Assembly: GCA_024635455.1 (NCBI GenBank)
Contig: JAGXIU010000002.1
Span: 108,309 to 172,308 of the forward strand
Length of the DNA: 64,000 nucleotides
Direction of reading: 5' to 3'
Source: Candidatus Saccharimonadota bacterium
GTDB lineage: Bacteria; Patescibacteriota; Saccharimonadia; Saccharimonadales; SLHW01
Shown here: one piece after another, positions 1-10,800 of the stretch
Layout: every line of letters begins with the position of its first letter
Numbering within the stretch: position 1 is the stretch's first letter
Program-made: the position numbers and the translations under genes
Notes under the pieces: model-generated
The model's database searches: none
Told to the model about the DNA's origin: nothing
Seen by the model: the letters and a program-made list of their open reading frames with translations, nothing else

Positions 1-60
1 TGTATAATATGGTATAGTCTTATATAGTATAGAGTAAGTAAAAAAGGTTGCACGAACAAT

Positions 61-1062
61 ATGTCTGACATTGACCACAGCATAGAACAAGCTGAATCAA
101 CTCGACCCATTAGTGAGAATCCTGAGCAATTGAAGCAGGCTGAGCCCCAGCAAGACATTCCTTTTTATCGCAGAAAAGCATTTCAGGCTTTAGGTGGAGT
201 AATACTTGTTGGTGGGGCGTTTGGCTTCGGTTTAAGCCTGAATGAATCTGAAAACGAAGATGCTACGCAAACAGAAAATACGCCACAAAATACAGAACAA
301 GAACAACCATTGAGCCCTCCTGACACTGAGCCTGAAAGCGCAGAACCAGGAATTTCTTCAGATACAGAAAGCCCAGAGAGTGAGCAGCCAAATATACTAG
401 GTGAAGACTTTGATAAAAATTACTGGTTAGCTAGTTGGGCATCAGAGTCGGATGTAGTTCAAGGCCCTCCTGGTAGCCCTGAGACCCACCGAGCAATGAG
501 CAACTTGACCGCTGATCTCCTGGGGCGAATCGCATCAACGAGGCAAGCAGAAACTGAGCAAGAAATATACCTAAACTCTCGAGTTCAGACTATACAAAAC
601 GCAACATATTTTATCGAAAAAGATAATACTATATTAGAAATAAAAGACCCTATAGTGTACGGCTTTTTTTATGAAGGTGACGGCAGGATTAGCTATAGCT
701 GGCAAGCTGATGGATCTGACCGGGATAATTTTGCTGTGTTTTATAAAAACGCAGGCGAGTGGAACAGCTTTGTACTTAGTGAGCATGATGATGCTCGTTG
801 GTTTAGTGATGGGTCATCCAAATTAATTGCCGCTGCATACGCTGACGATGGCCCGATCATTAGGGAGGGTGTCATGTCACAAGCATCCCTACAGAATGAT
901 GGTCAACCAATTCTAATAGACACTGGAGGCTTTGGACCGATAAGTGTACCGAACGAACCTAATACTTACGATTCAAGGGAGCAGATTATAGACCTCATAC
1001 AATCAGACCCTGACCGCCGCCCCAACGGCTTACTCTCGATTAATAGCGATATTAAGAAATAA
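61..1062 (+). CDS. Bitopic membrane protein with acidic low-complexity linker; first gene of T4SS-like locus (a VirB8-like scaffold role is only a guess)
   Basis: 333-aa ORF. One TM (AFQALGGVILVGGAFGFGLSL) follows a ~40-aa N-terminus, then an E/P/T/Q-rich spacer and a ~200-aa C-terminal globular part. Same strand as, and tightly packed with, the downstream secretion genes. Confidence 0.5.
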   Translation: MSDIDHSIEQAESTRPISENPEQLKQAEPQQDIPFYRRKAFQALGGVILVGGAFGFGLSLNESENEDATQTENTPQNTEQEQPLSPPDTEPESAEPGISSDTESPESEQPNILGEDFDKNYWLASWASESDVVQGPPGSPETHRAMSNLTADLLGRIASTRQAETEQEIYLNSRVQTIQNATYFIEKDNTILEIKDPIVYGFFYEGDGRISYSWQADGSDRDNFAVFYKNAGEWNSFVLSEHDDARWFSDGSSKLIAAAYADDGPIIREGVMSQASLQNDGQPILIDTGGFGPISVPNEPNTYDSREQIIDLIQSDPDRRPNGLLSINSDIKK

Positions 1063-1113
1063 CTTAATCGCCTGAGTAGCTAACAAAATTATGTAAAAAA
1101 GCGTTAGCTGTAC

Positions 1114-1119
1114 TATAAT
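1114..1119 (+). promoter_or_regulatory. -10 box TATAAT, 9 nt before GTG 1129 (leaderless-type promoter)
   Basis: The sequence reads tacTATAATgccagcaacGTG. There is no purine-rich SD between the box and the start. Confidence 0.45.
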
Positions 1120-1128
1120 GCCAGCAAC

Positions 1129-3834
1129 GTGCCTCCTGTAAATATATCAACCACTAAGCGAAGCAATTTTTATTCTACAGTTACTGTGGCTGTGGTCTTA
1201 TTGTTACTGACTATTGTCGGCCAATTTCTGCTCACACCAAAGCCTACGCTTGCCCAAGAAGCCGAATGTCGCGACACCTATAATGTCGAGCGAATTGATG
1301 ATGCTTACGCATCGGACAGCGATAAACCCCACACTCTAGGCTGGACAAAAGAGTTAAGCAGAGCAGCTGGATTCCGTCCAGTTTGTGGTGATTCAATTAA
1401 TGAAGACGGTGTAAGGCTCTCCATAATCCGCTGGGACCATGATGCTAACCGTGATAGAAACTTTTATTTTGTAAATACGGATGATAGTGGTCGACATGTT
1501 TTCTCTTTTGGTATTGCTGATCTGAGTGTTTATAGCGAATCCGAGCTTCAAGAAGAAATTGAGCGTGGAAATATACTGATTTTGAACAACGATTTGACCG
1601 CAAACGCTGGAGGAGAAACGTTCTTAGTTAGTGATCCGCTTGGAGCATCAAGTGAGCTAGCGAATGCTGAAAGCCAGGATATTGGTTTACCTGATGACAT
1701 TGCTGATAGCGTCAAAGATGCTGAAGAATCAGACGAACCAGAGACTACCTGTGAAGATGGAATTGAATCACTTGGCTGGATTGTGTGTCCAGTTACCCGA
1801 GTATTGGGAAATACGCTAAATGCCGTTACGAGTGGTGTTGAAAACCTCCTAGAGGTTCCAAACGTATACTTTGAAGATAATGCAAACGGCGAAAACCCCA
1901 TAGAAGACACCTGGGCAGCAATTCGTAATATCGCGTTTATTGTACTTGTGCCTATTACTCTAGTTATGGTAGTTAGTACTGCTCTTGGCTTTGAAGTATT
2001 TAGTGCTTATACTGTCAAAAAATCACTGCCTCGCTTGGTCATCGCAACTATTTTTATCGCGCTATCTTGGGAAATAGTAGTCTTTGGAGTAGATTTTGTT
2101 AACACGCTCGGAAGAGGTGTTGCGGGTCTAATTACATCCCCCATTGGTGGATTTGAGAGTACGCACCTAACGAGTATGCTGGACTTTAACGGTGATGCCT
2201 GGCTCGGTACATTCGGGCTTATTGGGGCTGGTGGCGCAATAGCAGCTGGAGTTATCGGTGGCTTCGGGGTGGTATTTATATCACTTGCTATATTTGTGAT
2301 GTTCATACTGACAGTGTTTCTTCTTTTGTTGCTGCGAGAGATACTGATTGTCGCGCTCGCTATATTTGCACCAATTGCAATCTTAGCTTGGATATTTCCA
2401 GCCGATACCAAGCTTTGGTCACTTTGGCGCGGGTCATTTGTTAAGCTTCTTCTTTTATACCCGTTAATAATGTTCCTTATAGCAGCCGGACGAATTGTGG
2501 CATTTGTTGTCAGCGATGGCGGTAATTTTACCGGCGGAGTAAGCTTTCAGAGGACAATCCTTGTCCTTATGGCTTATATAGGTCCCTTCTTCTTCATACC
2601 AACCGCATTCAAGTATGCTGGTAGTGTCTTCGGTAACATCGCAGGCATGGTCAACAACAAAGAAAAAGGTCTGTTCGACCGAGGCAAAAAGCTTCGCGGC
2701 GGCATCATGAAGCAAAAGCTCGGTGATGCAGCGCAAGGAAAGCGCTGGAGTAACCAGAGCAGAGCAGGAAGAACGCTGAACAGAGTAAGCCAAAGTGCTG
2801 CCCAGATTCCACGTGCAGGATTAAGGCCCTCAAGATGGAGGGGCAATATTGCGTCAGGTACAGAGGTTTCCAACATGCAGCAATTGCAAGAAATTGCGAA
2901 ACACCCAGACGCACAGCCAATAATAAACGACGATGAGATGCTAGGGGTTGCAATTGATGGCGCAGCGAACGGTTGGAGCAGAAACAGAATACAGCAAGAG
3001 ATTGCAGATAAATACAGTGGTAGGTTCAAGACCGGAGCTGATCAAGCGCAGGCTGCCGCTAACATAGAGCGTTATTTGAAGCTCGGATCGCGAGATGCCG
3101 TTGGCATGGCTGCAACAGTAGCTAAAACTGGCACAAAAACTGGTTACAAATATGATCCTGAAAATAATCAGTTTGGTATTGTTGACGCAATTTCAGATAT
3201 ACAACGCTTTAGTGGCGGAGATAGCGCACTAGAGAGAAGCGCTATAGCCTCTAGTGTAGCCGGCTTCTCTGGTGCAAAGCGCTATGATCAAGCAGGAGCT
3301 GGAGTAGGTGGAGCAATAGAAGCAAGTAGTTCTATACGCAGAGGAGAAAGCAGAAGTGAAATTGGCAAAAAAGCTCTTCGAAAATCATTAACAACACAAG
3401 GACCTGGCGCAATATTAGCGGGGCCAAAAGAGGCTTCAAAGCCACTTGTCGATGAAAAACTTCGAATGCTCGAGGAGGCGCATTACAACCATAAACAAAA
3501 CCCAACCGATAAGAGGCTTGAGGAGGCATTCGTTGCTGAACTTGCTTCTGCTGATTCGCTTGTTGATATGGGTGGACAAGCGGCACCCGAAGTTCGTGAT
3601 TATGCTGCAGAGAAACTGCTGGGAGGAACCTTGGATGGAAAAGCTGTTAGCCAGATGGTGGACGAAGTATCTGCAAGCCCAGAAACAGCAGACATTTTTG
3701 GTCGGTATAAAAGAAATTACAAGAAACAGTACGGAGACGACGCCGAACGAATGCGCCGACAAGGTTTACCAACAAATCAGCCCGCCCTATTTGAGCCACC
3801 TGATTTAGGAGCCGGACCACCTACGGGTGCATAG
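1129..3834 (+). CDS. VirB6/TrbL-like polytopic T4SS membrane protein with long hydrophilic C-terminal tail
   Basis: 901 aa. It has an N-terminal signal anchor and a ~230-aa Cys-containing ectodomain. A block of >=6 hydrophobic helices (aa ~255-500, e.g. FVMFILTVFLLLLLREILIVALAIFAPIAILAWIFP) looks like the TrbL/VirB6 core. A ~390-aa soluble tail follows. Confidence 0.6.
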   Translation: MPPVNISTTKRSNFYSTVTVAVVLLLLTIVGQFLLTPKPTLAQEAECRDTYNVERIDDAYASDSDKPHTLGWTKELSRAAGFRPVCGDSINEDGVRLSIIRWDHDANRDRNFYFVNTDDSGRHVFSFGIADLSVYSESELQEEIERGNILILNNDLTANAGGETFLVSDPLGASSELANAESQDIGLPDDIADSVKDAEESDEPETTCEDGIESLGWIVCPVTRVLGNTLNAVTSGVENLLEVPNVYFEDNANGENPIEDTWAAIRNIAFIVLVPITLVMVVSTALGFEVFSAYTVKKSLPRLVIATIFIALSWEIVVFGVDFVNTLGRGVAGLITSPIGGFESTHLTSMLDFNGDAWLGTFGLIGAGGAIAAGVIGGFGVVFISLAIFVMFILTVFLLLLLREILIVALAIFAPIAILAWIFPADTKLWSLWRGSFVKLLLLYPLIMFLIAAGRIVAFVVSDGGNFTGGVSFQRTILVLMAYIGPFFFIPTAFKYAGSVFGNIAGMVNNKEKGLFDRGKKLRGGIMKQKLGDAAQGKRWSNQSRAGRTLNRVSQSAAQIPRAGLRPSRWRGNIASGTEVSNMQQLQEIAKHPDAQPIINDDEMLGVAIDGAANGWSRNRIQQEIADKYSGRFKTGADQAQAAANIERYLKLGSRDAVGMAATVAKTGTKTGYKYDPENNQFGIVDAISDIQRFSGGDSALERSAIASSVAGFSGAKRYDQAGAGVGGAIEASSSIRRGESRSEIGKKALRKSLTTQGPGAILAGPKEASKPLVDEKLRMLEEAHYNHKQNPTDKRLEEAFVAELASADSLVDMGGQAAPEVRDYAAEKLLGGTLDGKAVSQMVDEVSASPETADIFGRYKRNYKKQYGDDAERMRRQGLPTNQPALFEPPDLGAGPPTGA

Positions 3835-3842
3835 GTCATTAG

Positions 3843-3850
3843 TGTAAGAT
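3843..3850 (+). promoter_or_regulatory. TG + TAAGAT -10 box, 6 nt before ATG 3857
   Basis: The sequence reads agTGTAAGATacgtatATG, with no SD. Confidence 0.4.
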
Positions 3851-3856
3851 ACGTAT

Positions 3857-4990
3857 ATGGCTACATACACAGTAATTCAAGACATCGAGGCAGAGGACAA
3901 ACTATTTGGTCCACTTACGCTAAAGCAGTTTATTTTTGCCTGTATTGCGATTATATCTGGGTATCTATCGTTTTGGTCGATCGTTAATAACCTGGTTTTT
4001 TTACTGGTAGTATTTCTTCCGCCTGCATTATTTTTTGGCGCTTTGGCGTTTCCGTGGAGTAAAGACCAAACCACAGAAGTCTGGATGATGGCTAAGCTTC
4101 GCTTTTTCTTCAGGCCACGAAAGCGTATATGGGACCAATCCGGCATCAGGCACTTAGTTACTATTACTGCGCCGAAGCGAGAGCGCCATGAATACACAGA
4201 CGGCCTCAGCAACGCTGAAGTTAAAAGTCGCTTGCGAGCGCTTGCTGATACCATTGATAGTCGCGGCTGGGCAGTCAAAGGTGCAGATGTAAACATACAG
4301 GTACAGCCATCTTATTTGTCGGGCCAGTCAGATAGATTAGTAGCCTCTGGTGGCACACCTCAGCAAGTTGTTGGCTATGATGTTCGCTCAACTGATGACA
4401 TGCTTGATGAAAAGAATAATCCAGAAGCACAAAAGCTGGACCAGCTTATGAAAGAGTCTGACTCAAGTCATCGGACTCAGCTGATCAATAACCTTGCTTC
4501 TCAGCAGAAAGACCAACAATCTGCTGCGGGACAAAAAGAGGCTAATGATTATTGGTTTATGCGTCAAAATGACGCACCGCAGCAATCAAACCTCGCTACA
4601 TATGGTGCAAGTCCAGTTATAACGCCAGGGCAAAAAACTACGAACAACTCCACGGACAGCAAGAGCCTGACGACCGAAGAACAAGCAACCCTTGATAAAA
4701 TACACAAACAGAAAAAAAATCCTGATCCGACAATAAGTCACCTTAAAACCATTAAGCCACTCGCCGAGCAAGAAGCTGAAGATGCCGCCAGAAAAAAACA
4801 GATGCAAGCAGACCAGAAAACACAAACAAAACCGTCTGTGCCAACAGCAAAACCACCTGGTAATCAAACCGCTAAAGCTGATATACTTGGACTTGCACAG
4901 AATGACGACCTTAGCGTAGAGACAATTGCTCGACAAGCCAAAAAGCAGAGCGAACCTCCCGTTGATGAAGTTGTGGTATCCCTTCATTAG
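3857..4990 (+). CDS. PrgI/VirB3-like small T4SS membrane protein with extended Q/K/T-rich tail
   Basis: 377 aa. The N-terminus YTVIQDIEAEDKLFGPLTLKQFIF followed by two TM helices is the PrgI-family signature. It lies just upstream of the VirB4 region, as in Gram-positive-type T4SS. Confidence 0.65.
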   Translation: MATYTVIQDIEAEDKLFGPLTLKQFIFACIAIISGYLSFWSIVNNLVFLLVVFLPPALFFGALAFPWSKDQTTEVWMMAKLRFFFRPRKRIWDQSGIRHLVTITAPKRERHEYTDGLSNAEVKSRLRALADTIDSRGWAVKGADVNIQVQPSYLSGQSDRLVASGGTPQQVVGYDVRSTDDMLDEKNNPEAQKLDQLMKESDSSHRTQLINNLASQQKDQQSAAGQKEANDYWFMRQNDAPQQSNLATYGASPVITPGQKTTNNSTDSKSLTTEEQATLDKIHKQKKNPDPTISHLKTIKPLAEQEAEDAARKKQMQADQKTQTKPSVPTAKPPGNQTAKADILGLAQNDDLSVETIARQAKKQSEPPVDEVVVSLH

Positions 4991-5044
4991 GAAATTGCAC
5001 AACGCTCGTCATTTATCAGAAGTAGGTGGGTACACTAAACACAT

Positions 5045-5929
5045 ATGAATCCAAATAACACACCAAATCAGCCGAACCCTCCACAGCAACAAACGGCAGG
5101 CCAGTATGGAGCTTATGGTCCACAACCTGCTGTAGCCTCAGCTAGTGGCTATAGCTCACCGCAGGCGGGTCAACAGGCTCCGCACATACAGACGAAGTCA
5201 AACCCCAATAGCACGCAAAATACACTGCAGATTGCTGAGATTCGTGATGGTATTGTCATTATGAATGACGGTTCCTTTCGAAGTGTGGTTATGGTTAAGT
5301 CAATCAACTTCGACCTGATGAGCCCGCAAGAGCGCGAAGGAGTTGAATTTGGCTACCAGGGCTTCCTAAACTCACTGTACTTTGACATACAGATTTTTGT
5401 TCGTTCACAAAAAGTCGACATGCGGCCGTACATAGAAAAGCTCGATAAGATTCGTACTGAGCATGACAATATGCTCTTAGCGTTACTAATGGATGATTAT
5501 CTTGGTTATATCGAAAACCTTGTTATGCAAACAAACATCATGGATAAAAAATTCTATGTGATTATACCGTATTATCCAGTAGCTACCATGAAAAGCGCTG
5601 TAGCCTCTAGTAAAGGTTTTTTTGAAAACATGAAACGTAGTATTGCCGGTGATACTGAGCACCATGTAGTAGTGAATGAAGCAGACCTGAATGCAGCAAA
5701 AGATGAGTTGCGCAATCGTGTACAAGCAACGCTGGCTGGCCTGCAGGACTGTGGTGTAGCTGGGCTTCCGCTAGACACGCAAGAATTAATTGAACTGTAT
5801 TATGACACCTATAACCCTGATACCGCGACCCGTCAGCAGCTCAAAAATTTCGACGATCTCACGGCGCCTATCGTAGGTAAAGGCCAAGGTCAGGCAAGCC
5901 AGCCAAACCTTAATAAGGAGCTCCAGTAG
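5045..5929 (+). CDS. Hypothetical T4SS-associated protein (P/Q-rich N-terminus, globular C-terminal domain)
   Basis: 294 aa. TACACT lies 8 nt before the ATG. The TAG stop abuts the virB4 ATG (TAGATG at 5927-5932), so the two genes are coupled. Confidence 0.5.
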   Translation: MNPNNTPNQPNPPQQQTAGQYGAYGPQPAVASASGYSSPQAGQQAPHIQTKSNPNSTQNTLQIAEIRDGIVIMNDGSFRSVVMVKSINFDLMSPQEREGVEFGYQGFLNSLYFDIQIFVRSQKVDMRPYIEKLDKIRTEHDNMLLALLMDDYLGYIENLVMQTNIMDKKFYVIIPYYPVATMKSAVASSKGFFENMKRSIAGDTEHHVVVNEADLNAAKDELRNRVQATLAGLQDCGVAGLPLDTQELIELYYDTYNPDTATRQQLKNFDDLTAPIVGKGQGQASQPNLNKELQ

Positions 5930-7849
5930 ATGGCTTTTGGTAAAAAGAAAAAACAAACCGTTACCGACCCGGTTGCTATCGCCCAACAACAACAAGCGCA
6001 AGAACAGCAAGAAGTTGGTGCTGCTTTCCAGAAGGGTGTTACTGCACTGCGGGACTTTATTGCACCGAGCTCGATTGAGCTCGAATCAACACACTTCCAA
6101 CTCGGTACACGTTATGCGCGTACCTACTATGTGTATGGTTATCCTCGCCAGGTATACACCGGCTGGCTCAGCAGCCTAATAAACCTTGATGAGATTATGG
6201 ACATGTCGATGTTTATCTATCCGGTGGAGAGCCAGGTTGTACTAGAAAGCCTGCGCAAAAAAGTCGGTCAACTAGAAGCTGGTATCCAGATAGAGGCAGA
6301 AAAAGGTCGCGTCCGTGACCCGGGTAAACAAGCAGCTATTCAAGATGCCGAACAAATGCGAGACAAGTTGCAGGTAGGAGAGGAGCGGTTCTTCCGCTTT
6401 GGGTTGTACTTTACTATTTACGCTTCCTCTATGGACGAGATGGAGTTCGTTTCACACAAAGTTGAGTCGATGCTAGGGCAACAGTTGGTATATTCTAAGC
6501 CAGCAACCTCCCAGCAAGAACAAGGACTTAATAGCACCATACCCCAGTTTACTGATCAGCTTCAGATACGTCGTAACTTTAGCACCGGTGCACTTTCTAC
6601 AAGCTTCCCGTTCACATCTGCTGACCTTACCCAGGAGAACGGTATTCTCTACGGTGTAAATATGCACAACTCTGGGTTGGTAATATTTGACCGGTTCTCG
6701 CTAGAAAACGGCAACTCAGTGGTGTTTGCTAAATCCGGTGCTGGTAAGTCATTCACCGTAAAGCTCGAGGCACTGCGTAGCATGATGCTTGGGACTGAAA
6801 TATTTATCATCGACCCAGAGAATGAATACCAACGAATGGCAGAAGCGGTCGGAGGTGCCTACGTACAGCTGAGCCTTAACTCAAACGTGCGCATTAATCC
6901 ATTCGATCTACCAGAGGTTATCGATAGCGACGAAGCAGAAAACGCCCTTCGGAGCAACCTTATAACGCTTCATGGCTTACTGCGCTTGATGATGGGTGGT
7001 GCGCAAGCTCAAATGACTGGCGGTGGCGCAACGACTATGCCCGCACTCACACCTGCAGAAGAGGCAGACTTGGATGCAGCCCTCATAGAAACGTACTCAA
7101 AAGCAGGCATCACCAACGACCCACTCACGCACAAATCACTGCCACCAACAATCAGTGACCTATACGACACACTACTTCACATGGGTGGACTTGGCCCGCA
7201 ACTGGCACAACGACTCAGGAAGTATACGAGCGGCACGTTTGCTGGAATTTTTTCACAACAATCAAACATCAATATTAATAATCCATTAGTGGTGTTTAAT
7301 ATTCGTGATCTCGAAGATGAGCTACGACCGGTAGCGATGTATATAATCTTGAACTTTATATGGAACAAAACCAAAGCTGATAAAAAGCGTCGCATGTTGA
7401 TAGTTGATGAAGCCTGGCAACTTATGAAATATGAAGACTCAGCAAACTTCTTATTCAGTCTCGCAAAGCGTGCCCGTAAGTACAATCTTGGTATAACTAC
7501 TATCACGCAGGATGTCGAGGATTTCATGGGGTCACGTATGGGGCGGGCAATTGTTGCGAATGCTTCAATGCAGATCTTGCTGAAACAATCACCTTCAGCT
7601 GTCGATGTGCTCTCCGACGTATTTAAGCTAACGAGCGAGGAAAAGAAGCGACTCAGCCAGTTTCCGGTTGGTCAGGGGTTATTCTTTGCTGGTCAAAACC
7701 ACGTACACATACAGATTACTGCTAGCCCCACAGAAACCGGCCTTATCACCACCAACCCAGACCAGGTTAAACAGATTGAGCAAGCCGGTGAAATGCAAGG
7801 ATCGCAAGGTAGCGTTGACCTAGGCAACCGACTCACTCCTGGCGTATAA
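5930..7849 (+). CDS. virB4: VirB4/TraE/PrgJ-family T4SS ATPase
   Basis: 639 aa. Walker A is FAKSGAGKSFT and Walker B is RRMLIVDEAWQL. The N-terminal domain motif YARTYYVYGYPRQVYTGWL is typical of Gram-positive-type VirB4. Confidence 0.9.
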   Translation: MAFGKKKKQTVTDPVAIAQQQQAQEQQEVGAAFQKGVTALRDFIAPSSIELESTHFQLGTRYARTYYVYGYPRQVYTGWLSSLINLDEIMDMSMFIYPVESQVVLESLRKKVGQLEAGIQIEAEKGRVRDPGKQAAIQDAEQMRDKLQVGEERFFRFGLYFTIYASSMDEMEFVSHKVESMLGQQLVYSKPATSQQEQGLNSTIPQFTDQLQIRRNFSTGALSTSFPFTSADLTQENGILYGVNMHNSGLVIFDRFSLENGNSVVFAKSGAGKSFTVKLEALRSMMLGTEIFIIDPENEYQRMAEAVGGAYVQLSLNSNVRINPFDLPEVIDSDEAENALRSNLITLHGLLRLMMGGAQAQMTGGGATTMPALTPAEEADLDAALIETYSKAGITNDPLTHKSLPPTISDLYDTLLHMGGLGPQLAQRLRKYTSGTFAGIFSQQSNININNPLVVFNIRDLEDELRPVAMYIILNFIWNKTKADKKRRMLIVDEAWQLMKYEDSANFLFSLAKRARKYNLGITTITQDVEDFMGSRMGRAIVANASMQILLKQSPSAVDVLSDVFKLTSEEKKRLSQFPVGQGLFFAGQNHVHIQITASPTETGLITTNPDQVKQIEQAGEMQGSQGSVDLGNRLTPGV

Positions 7850-7860
7850 TGTAGTAGATT

Positions 7861-10800
7861 ATGAATAGCGACTTAAAGGAACGAGAAGTAGGTGCCGGTC
7901 AAGATAATGGTGATCCTGCCTGGTATGCAGGAAGAACTTCCTACGAAGACGACTTAGCCGCAGCCGAAAACGGCAACACGGATAAAAAAAAGGATTCTGA
8001 AGAGACACCTAAGAACACGTCGCCGCAAGACGATACCGGGTCGCACCAACAAAAAACGGAAGACGTATCGTATGTAAAAAAACTTCTCCTTCAAAAAAAG
8101 AAAGGTTTTGCCATATTGCTGCTAGGGGGGTTGGTGGGTGGTGGTTTTGGCTTTTTCACGATAATAGCTGGCCCTTTGCAGATTATGCACGCTGGTCAAC
8201 TTCTTCAAAAATTTCACTTATCAAGAGTTGATGATTTTATGGATGGCAGATCTGGAAGATTTGTAAAATACCTCGCCGCTGGAACACCCGCAAGGGGGAG
8301 GCTCGGCTATGCATCAGATAAATACGCAACGCGATGGGAAAATAGAATGCTCCGAGACACTGGCCTGAAATCGGTCTACACTCAACGCCCTAATCAGCGG
8401 TTTGTTGGCTACCAAATCGTAGACTCTGTTAAAGCGCAATCTATACTTTCTGACCTCGAAGCTGACGGAATCAACCCCAGTAGCTCAATAACAGAAGATG
8501 TAGTAGATATTGATGGTGTCAACCGTAATAGCAGCCAGGGTGATTTTATTGATTTATCCGACGAAAGACTTCGGAATAGGAGATCAGTTGTGCGTGTAGC
8601 AACTAGGGGTACGGGTGTTAATCGGCTGTCCAGCTCACTAGGATCCAGAATGTTGATTCGGCGAGGTGGCGTAGATTTTGCGCCACTGAAAAATATACGT
8701 AGAGCAGCCGGTGAGAGCACGACTGCCTATTATCGAAAAGTAAAGGATGCGCTTGCTCAAAAATATAGAACAGGCAATACCAGCCCACGTATTCGAGCCG
8801 CGCAAGTTGAAGAGCCTGATGCAGATGGAGAAACAACACGAAATACACAACCGGATAGCGCCGAACTCATTGATGATGTTAACAACATCGACCTCGACTC
8901 CAGCGAAGGGAGGTCACGTTTGCGCAATAATGTAAAACTTAATCTAATCTCCAAGGTTGGAAGTATCACCGCGGTAGTCGGTGTGGTGTGCACTGTTAAT
9001 GCAATTGGTGATCAAGCTGATGAATTGAAGCAGGAGCAAATTGCCACGCAGATGCGTATGGGTATGGACTTTGTTACAACGGCTTCTCAATTACAGGCGA
9101 TGGACAACTTAAATATCGATGAGGTCGGTGCGATGGCATCAAGGATGCATGATGGGGAAACATCATTCTTTAGCGCCAACAGCATCCAGGCCAATGATGG
9201 CAGAGAGGCCGTTGGTCCTGAGTTAGCAGACAGTGCGAAGATTGAATCCCTGGAGTCGCAACCTTTAGCGTTTGAAGTTATATCTGGCATACCAGGGGTA
9301 ACTAGTGTTTGTGCAGTAGATGAAGCGGTCGGAAATCTACCTATTATCAAACAGATTGGTGAAATTGGTGAAGCTGCAATTAACATTGGTTTAGGTGCGA
9401 TTGGCACAAGCATCGAAGATCTAATGGAGTCAGTAGTCAATGCGATTGCAGGTGAGCTAGTGAATGTAGACGCTGAAGGAGCTGAGCTTGGCGGCCTGGC
9501 TGACCAAGGTGTTGCTCTTGCATCAAATGAACAAATGCTATCTGTTGGAGGTAATCCGTTAACGGACAGCGAGCTGGCAGCCGTACAGCAGACAGTAAAC
9601 CAAACGGAGAAAGATGAATATACACAAAAAGGTTTTCTCGCTCGAACCCTTAACATATATGACATTGACTCACTGCTTGGACGACTCGCATACTCGTTTA
9701 ATTCTATATCTATGAAATCTTTTATTACCCAACCAACGAAACTATTGTCATTTGCCACCACACCGACGGTGTTTGCCGCCAGCAATTATGACTATGGTTT
9801 CGATATGTACGGCTTCAGTATTGAAGAGCAGCAAGACGAACGGTTTGCAGACCCATTTGAAAACGCAGACTGGGTTGAGACTGGCGACAGACTAAACACA
9901 CTTAATAGCGTCTACGGTGGCTGCTTCGGTATACGGATAGACCCGGGAACCGGTGCGATACTGAGCAGCGATGATGCCTTTGACTACGCCGAGCGGGCTG
10001 AGATGGATGAATGCACAAACGGAAGCAGTCAAGCGTTTGGTGAGGAGGGTTTACTGCGGTTTCGATTTTACATAGCCGACATGATGACCGATCATACGTT
10101 AGCATGTTATGAAGGTGAGGCTTTTTCGTGTCAACAAGTTGGAATGGCGGGCGGGCAAAGCCGGACTACTGGACAAGCTAACGCAAGCTCAAGTATTGTA
10201 GGCGATCCTTACACTGACGGGGTAGATATCGCCTGTGCAGACGGCACCAATGACCTTGGCACGTCCCTAGATAGCGGAATGTCGCAAGCCTATAGCTCTG
10301 GTGAGGCTTACGATATTCGGTTCTGTGAGATACCAAACATCCCGAGCATCGGCCAAGCAGATACACCTGGTGGCAGTTTTTCAACCCCCGGAGCTAGTGG
10401 GTTTGCAATTGTTAGCTCAAGAGTCTCAGGAGCCTGGTACGCATTAGCCGAAGACGCCAAAGCTGATGGAATAGACCTCCAAGCGTTTAGCTCATTTCGC
10501 TCGATGGCTCACCAGACATCAAACTATGAAAGCAGCGCGGCGTGCCCTGGCGCTAACTGTCTCATTGCGAGACCAGGATATTCCAGTCACCAAGCGGGTG
10601 TTGCTATAGATTTCGAAAATGGAATGCGTGGTGTAACGGGAGGGTCAACCTGTGAAACACGAGCTAAAGCCACGGACAGCGAGGCTTGGAGCTGGCTAAA
10701 AGACAATGCTGAGAATTATGGCTTTAAGCAGTACTCTCGAGAAGCATGGCACTGGGATGCTCTACCTTCTGATAACAGGTGTGGAACGCTACAGATATGA
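7861..10800 (+). CDS. Large bitopic protein with C-terminal VanY/M15-type peptidoglycan peptidase domain
   Basis: 979 aa. A TM lies near aa 83-105 (GFAILLLGGLVGGGFGFFTIIAGPL). The C-terminal SSHQAGVAIDF ... EAWHWD matches the zinc-ligand motifs of the D-Ala-D-Ala carboxypeptidase (VanY/M15B) fold. Confidence 0.75.
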   Translation: MNSDLKEREVGAGQDNGDPAWYAGRTSYEDDLAAAENGNTDKKKDSEETPKNTSPQDDTGSHQQKTEDVSYVKKLLLQKKKGFAILLLGGLVGGGFGFFTIIAGPLQIMHAGQLLQKFHLSRVDDFMDGRSGRFVKYLAAGTPARGRLGYASDKYATRWENRMLRDTGLKSVYTQRPNQRFVGYQIVDSVKAQSILSDLEADGINPSSSITEDVVDIDGVNRNSSQGDFIDLSDERLRNRRSVVRVATRGTGVNRLSSSLGSRMLIRRGGVDFAPLKNIRRAAGESTTAYYRKVKDALAQKYRTGNTSPRIRAAQVEEPDADGETTRNTQPDSAELIDDVNNIDLDSSEGRSRLRNNVKLNLISKVGSITAVVGVVCTVNAIGDQADELKQEQIATQMRMGMDFVTTASQLQAMDNLNIDEVGAMASRMHDGETSFFSANSIQANDGREAVGPELADSAKIESLESQPLAFEVISGIPGVTSVCAVDEAVGNLPIIKQIGEIGEAAINIGLGAIGTSIEDLMESVVNAIAGELVNVDAEGAELGGLADQGVALASNEQMLSVGGNPLTDSELAAVQQTVNQTEKDEYTQKGFLARTLNIYDIDSLLGRLAYSFNSISMKSFITQPTKLLSFATTPTVFAASNYDYGFDMYGFSIEEQQDERFADPFENADWVETGDRLNTLNSVYGGCFGIRIDPGTGAILSSDDAFDYAERAEMDECTNGSSQAFGEEGLLRFRFYIADMMTDHTLACYEGEAFSCQQVGMAGGQSRTTGQANASSSIVGDPYTDGVDIACADGTNDLGTSLDSGMSQAYSSGEAYDIRFCEIPNIPSIGQADTPGGSFSTPGASGFAIVSSRVSGAWYALAEDAKADGIDLQAFSSFRSMAHQTSNYESSAACPGANCLIARPGYSSHQAGVAIDFENGMRGVTGGSTCETRAKATDSEAWSWLKDNAENYGFKQYSREAWHWDALPSDNRCGTLQI

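Noticed and set aside
5045-7849. Idea that 5045-5929 is the detached N-terminal domain of a split VirB4
   Set aside because: The 639-aa VirB4 already contains its own N-terminal domain (FIAPSSIELE...YARTYYVYGYPRQVYTGWL...) before the Walker A motif. The similarity of 5045-5929 to that domain is only a vague pattern match by eye. I kept it as a hypothetical T4SS-associated protein.
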